In this document: piece by piece, positions 38,530 to 41,462 of the stretch
Position numbering within the stretch: the stretch's first letter is position 1
How the letters are laid out: every line of letters starts with the position of its first letter
Assembly (NCBI GenBank): GCA_001778235.1
Contig: MFGJ01000007.1
Coordinates: 31,116 to 72,577, forward strand
Origin: Candidatus Falkowbacteria bacterium RIFOXYC2_FULL_36_12
Lineage (GTDB): Bacteria > Patescibacteriota > Patescibacteriia > UBA11705
Length of the DNA stretch: 41,462 nt
Reading direction: 5' to 3'
Notes under the pieces: generated by a model
Seen by the model: only the letters and a program-made list of their open reading frames with translations
What the model was told of the DNA's origin: nothing
Database searches by the model: none
Position numbers and translations under genes: made by a program

Positions 38530-39039
38530 TTAATTGTTTGTCCGGGTAGAAACCCCTGATTTTGGACTAAACATTTGGGCACCTTGACCAGACAGGACAG
38601 AAACTATTTGATCTGGATTACTAGTTGAAATAAAATATTTTTGCTGGCTATTTTTATCTTTGAATCTTATGCCAGACCCTTGTCTGGCGATAAAACCTTT
38701 GACTCCATTTCGACCATGACGAAAACCAAATCCGCCGAATTCTGAAAATTTATAATCATGTATTTCTAGATCTACAATATTTTTTACATAGACTTCTTGC
38801 TTCATAAAAGCAAAGCGAAACTTAAACAGATCACGACTTATACATAGGTGTAAATGGTTGAAAGAAAAACTGGCTAGAATCAATAACCCTGCCGCGAAAA
38901 TCATAACAATCAGGGCTATTGGTTGATTGAATAATTGGTAATAATAAACTAGATAGCCCAGCACAAATATTGTAGCTAAATTCATGGCTAAAAATATAGG
39001 CTGAAATCTTTGTTTCTCCTCATAAATGATATTTTCCAT
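38530..39039 (-). CDS. Hypothetical membrane protein (2 TM plus soluble domain)
   Basis: IYEEKQRF, two TM helices, EFGGFGFR, ISTSNPD; likely start at 39039. Confidence 0.7.
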   Translation of the reverse strand: MENIIYEEKQRFQPIFLAMNLATIFVLGYLVYYYQLFNQPIALIVMIFAAGLLILASFSFNHLHLCISRDLFKFRFAFMKQEVYVKNIVDLEIHDYKFSEFGGFGFRHGRNGVKGFIARQGSGIRFKDKNSQQKYFISTSNPDQIVSVLSGQGAQMFSPKSGVSTRTNN

Positions 39040-39140
39040 AAGATCAAGAACTTCACACAATTTTACCTAATAATTATAACAAATCTTTGCTCGGATGCAA
39101 AATGTGGTAAAACAAAAAACAGGCTCAAATGAACCTATTT

Positions 39141-39260
39141 TTATACCTTACTTTTTTTCTTTATCCGCAAAGCTTGTCTTTTTATGGTTTTTGAACGGCG
39201 GTCTTTCTTTACCGGATTCATATGCTTGTTTGCACGATCATTTGGTCTTATTTTTCTCAT
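39141..39260 (-). CDS. Small highly basic peptide (39 aa)
   Basis: MRKIRPNDRANKHMNPVKKDRRSKTIKRQALRIKKKSKV; promoter TTGACT-17-TAGTCT (39336-39308) and terminator at 39114-39140. Confidence 0.65.
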   Translation of the reverse strand: MRKIRPNDRANKHMNPVKKDRRSKTIKRQALRIKKKSKV

Positions 39261-39370
39261 ATTATTTAAGCTTTTTCAACATCCAATTCTTAAATCCTAA
39301 TAAATAAAGACTATCATAGTTAATAATATTAGTCAAGAAATGAAAAAATCCATTGATAATATCAATGAAT

Positions 39371-39691
39371 TTAGTGAATAAGATTTCGAGCTTCTTGACC
39401 AAGAAGCCAACCACATTCATCTTGCCAAAATTTCAACCAATTCTTTCTCTCTAGAAATGTCGGAGGATCTCTCATCAAAAAGCCTTGAGTGCTTGCAGAG
39501 GCAAAACTTGATGAAAGATAAATACTGACTCTAGCCAATCTGTGGCCAACTTCTCGAATCAAAATGTCATTGTGTCGAACACTACGCATGAGTCTTGCCA
39601 GTGCATCACTAGCAGTTTGGTAATGAGCATCAGTGACATGTCGAATAATATTTTGGATTAGTTGTTCTTGTTCAGATGTCAAAGGTACCAT
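39371..39691 (-). CDS. Orphan protein (106 aa)
   Basis: Promoter TTGACG-17-TAGAAT (39772-39744), GAGGAGGG SD, hairpin with T-run after the stop. Confidence 0.7.
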   Translation of the reverse strand: MVPLTSEQEQLIQNIIRHVTDAHYQTASDALARLMRSVRHNDILIREVGHRLARVSIYLSSSFASASTQGFLMRDPPTFLERKNWLKFWQDECGWLLGQEARNLIH

Positions 39692-39777
39692 GACCCAGCC
39701 CTCCTCGGCGCTGATTGTTTATTCAAGTATAAGTCAACTGTTTATTCTAACATAAAACATAACTTTCGTCAACAAAA

Positions 39778-41001
39778 CTAACTAAAATCATCAGATCCTT
39801 GACGGAATCCTCCTATTTTTTTTCTTAATCTGGATAATTTTAATAGATGAGCTGGCTTAACGGTTAACTCGCCATATCTATCATTTATTTGATCCAAATA
39901 CGGTACCAGTTCAAACCGCTGACGGTCAGCCTGAAACAAGGGAATTTGGCGAGAGTTCGGAGCTAAATTGCTAACTCTGATGCCGATTAAACGAACTGCG
40001 CTAGGTAAACGATAACGACTTAAAATTTCTAATCCCCTTTTGTACAACTCTAAACTATCATTAATATAACTATCAAGAGTTACACGAAAACCAGAATGAG
40101 TGAAATCAGAAAAACGCCAAAAAAATTGCAATGTTCGTCCTGCCAATTTTTTATGCCGTAGCTCCCGTCCACATTTTTCACAAAGATGAAGCAACACCTG
40201 TAAAATTTCCTGTTTATCAAAAGTATCATAAGGCAGAGTATAAGCTCGGCTAATTGATTTTACTTCAGCCTCTTGCTCGGCTGAAATTACAACTGAATCA
40301 TCATGACCATTACTCATATCTTTCAATTTCTGACCGTAAAATGGTCCAAACTCTCGAACAAGTTTTTCAACTGGGTATTGGCGAAGTTTCTTGACTGATT
40401 CAACACCAATATTTTCTAATCGTTGTAAAATGCGTCGACCAATACCACAAAAGTCATCTAATTTTATGCTATCTAATACTTGAATTTTATTTTTTTCATT
40501 AATAACAACCAGACCATTAGGCTTTTGCATATCAGAAGCAAGTTTAGCCAGTAACTTATTGGTTGCAATGCCGATTGAACAGGTAATTCTCTCGCCTATT
40601 TGTTGCTTTATCTCAAATTTAATTTTATTAGCCTTGTCTCTTGCTGACTGCCAATTTTTGCACCAGCCAGTCATATCGAGAAAAGCTTCATCAATACTGA
40701 AAACTTCTACTTTGTCAGAAAACTGATTAAATATTTTGAGAAACATCTTAGTTGTTTGCATGTATTTACTGCCATCTGGCTCAAGGAAGATCAAATTTGG
40801 ACAAAGTTTTTTGGCTTCGAAAGTCGGCATTGCAGTTTTTATCCCAAACTTTTTGGCTTCAATCGAGGCAGCGACAATTACGGACCTAGAACCCTCTTTG
40901 CCACCGACCACAATTGGCTTACCTCGGAGAAAAGGATTAGCTTGTTGCTCAACGGAAGCAAAATAGGAATTCATATCAATGTGGAAAATAATTTTTTTCA
41001 T
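39778..41001 (-). CDS. dinB: DNA polymerase IV (Y family)
   Basis: HIDMNSYFASVEQ, SIDEAFLD, KLLAKLASDMQKPNG. Confidence 0.95.
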   Translation of the reverse strand: MKKIIFHIDMNSYFASVEQQANPFLRGKPIVVGGKEGSRSVIVAASIEAKKFGIKTAMPTFEAKKLCPNLIFLEPDGSKYMQTTKMFLKIFNQFSDKVEVFSIDEAFLDMTGWCKNWQSARDKANKIKFEIKQQIGERITCSIGIATNKLLAKLASDMQKPNGLVVINEKNKIQVLDSIKLDDFCGIGRRILQRLENIGVESVKKLRQYPVEKLVREFGPFYGQKLKDMSNGHDDSVVISAEQEAEVKSISRAYTLPYDTFDKQEILQVLLHLCEKCGRELRHKKLAGRTLQFFWRFSDFTHSGFRVTLDSYINDSLELYKRGLEILSRYRLPSAVRLIGIRVSNLAPNSRQIPLFQADRQRFELVPYLDQINDRYGELTVKPAHLLKLSRLRKKIGGFRQGSDDFS

Positions 41002-41092
41002 ACTTCATATTTTTTCAAACAAAAAACTACTAATCTTGTTTTTGAACTTAAACCGATATTTTAATGGTTAGTAAAATAGATGATTAGTAGTC

Positions 41093-41338
41093 TTACTCTG
41101 AATAACTTTCATTTAATGTCCAGCAATTTTTTTCAGTATCAAAACACAATTTAAAATAATTAGACTTATTACTGACTGAATAAAAATACAATTTATCTCT
41201 GCCTCGTCTGACAGAATGAACTAGATTTACTTTGTCGATTTTGTATCTTCTATTGCCCCAACGGAAGTAAAGAGGCAAAGATTTATTTTTCAAAAATGCA
41301 CAGATCACTTCAATTGGTTCGTCAATTTTATTAAACAT
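41093..41338 (-). CDS. Small hypothetical protein upstream of dinB (DUF6504-like)
   Basis: DEPIEV...P..F.W..RRY.I...F.L.FD....W.L pattern. Confidence 0.65.
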   Translation of the reverse strand: MFNKIDEPIEVICAFLKNKSLPLYFRWGNRRYKIDKVNLVHSVRRGRDKLYFYSVSNKSNYFKLCFDTEKNCWTLNESYSE

Positions 41339-41462
41339 ACATTGTTAGGTCCTGCCAGAAACCTTTTATAGTACGACGATAAAAAGCTCGGAATCTTCGT
41401 TTTGACATAAATTTTGTTTTTGCTTTCGGGGGAAAGGATCAGACAACCCCATGCTTGAATAA

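Overview
An AT-rich bacterial chromosomal window, most consistent with Patescibacteria/CPR (inferred from a short AlaRS, tandem gpmI, a translin-like gene and housekeeping genes without SD sites). The backbone is the F1Fo ATP synthase operon (atpI/Z-B-E-F-H-A-G-D, with atpD running off the left edge), tatD, cvpA, DUF559, metG, rsmI, an orphan methyltransferase, translin, mltG, manC, uppP, DUF212, mutM, two gpmI, eno, SIMPL, pgk and dinB. Three things stand out. (1) An ~11 kb island between rsmI and metG holds a tight 7-gene operon: four different radical SAM enzymes, a CGA-synthase-like glycosyltransferase, a divergent TrpB2-like PLP enzyme and a histidine phosphatase. It converges on an alaS + HD-domain unit and looks like an uncharacterised nucleoside/amino-acid biosynthetic or modification pathway. 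(2) An ORF-free, multi-helix ~480 nt RNA candidate (22289-22777) has a perfect sigma70 promoter and a terminator, and a second ~200 nt candidate lies nearby. (3) Six scattered single-gene cassettes share one design: a canonical promoter, a strong GGAGG SD, an orphan ORF and usually a terminator. One splits atpA from atpG and one is markedly GC-rich. All family calls come from motif recognition by eye; no searches or folding programs were run.
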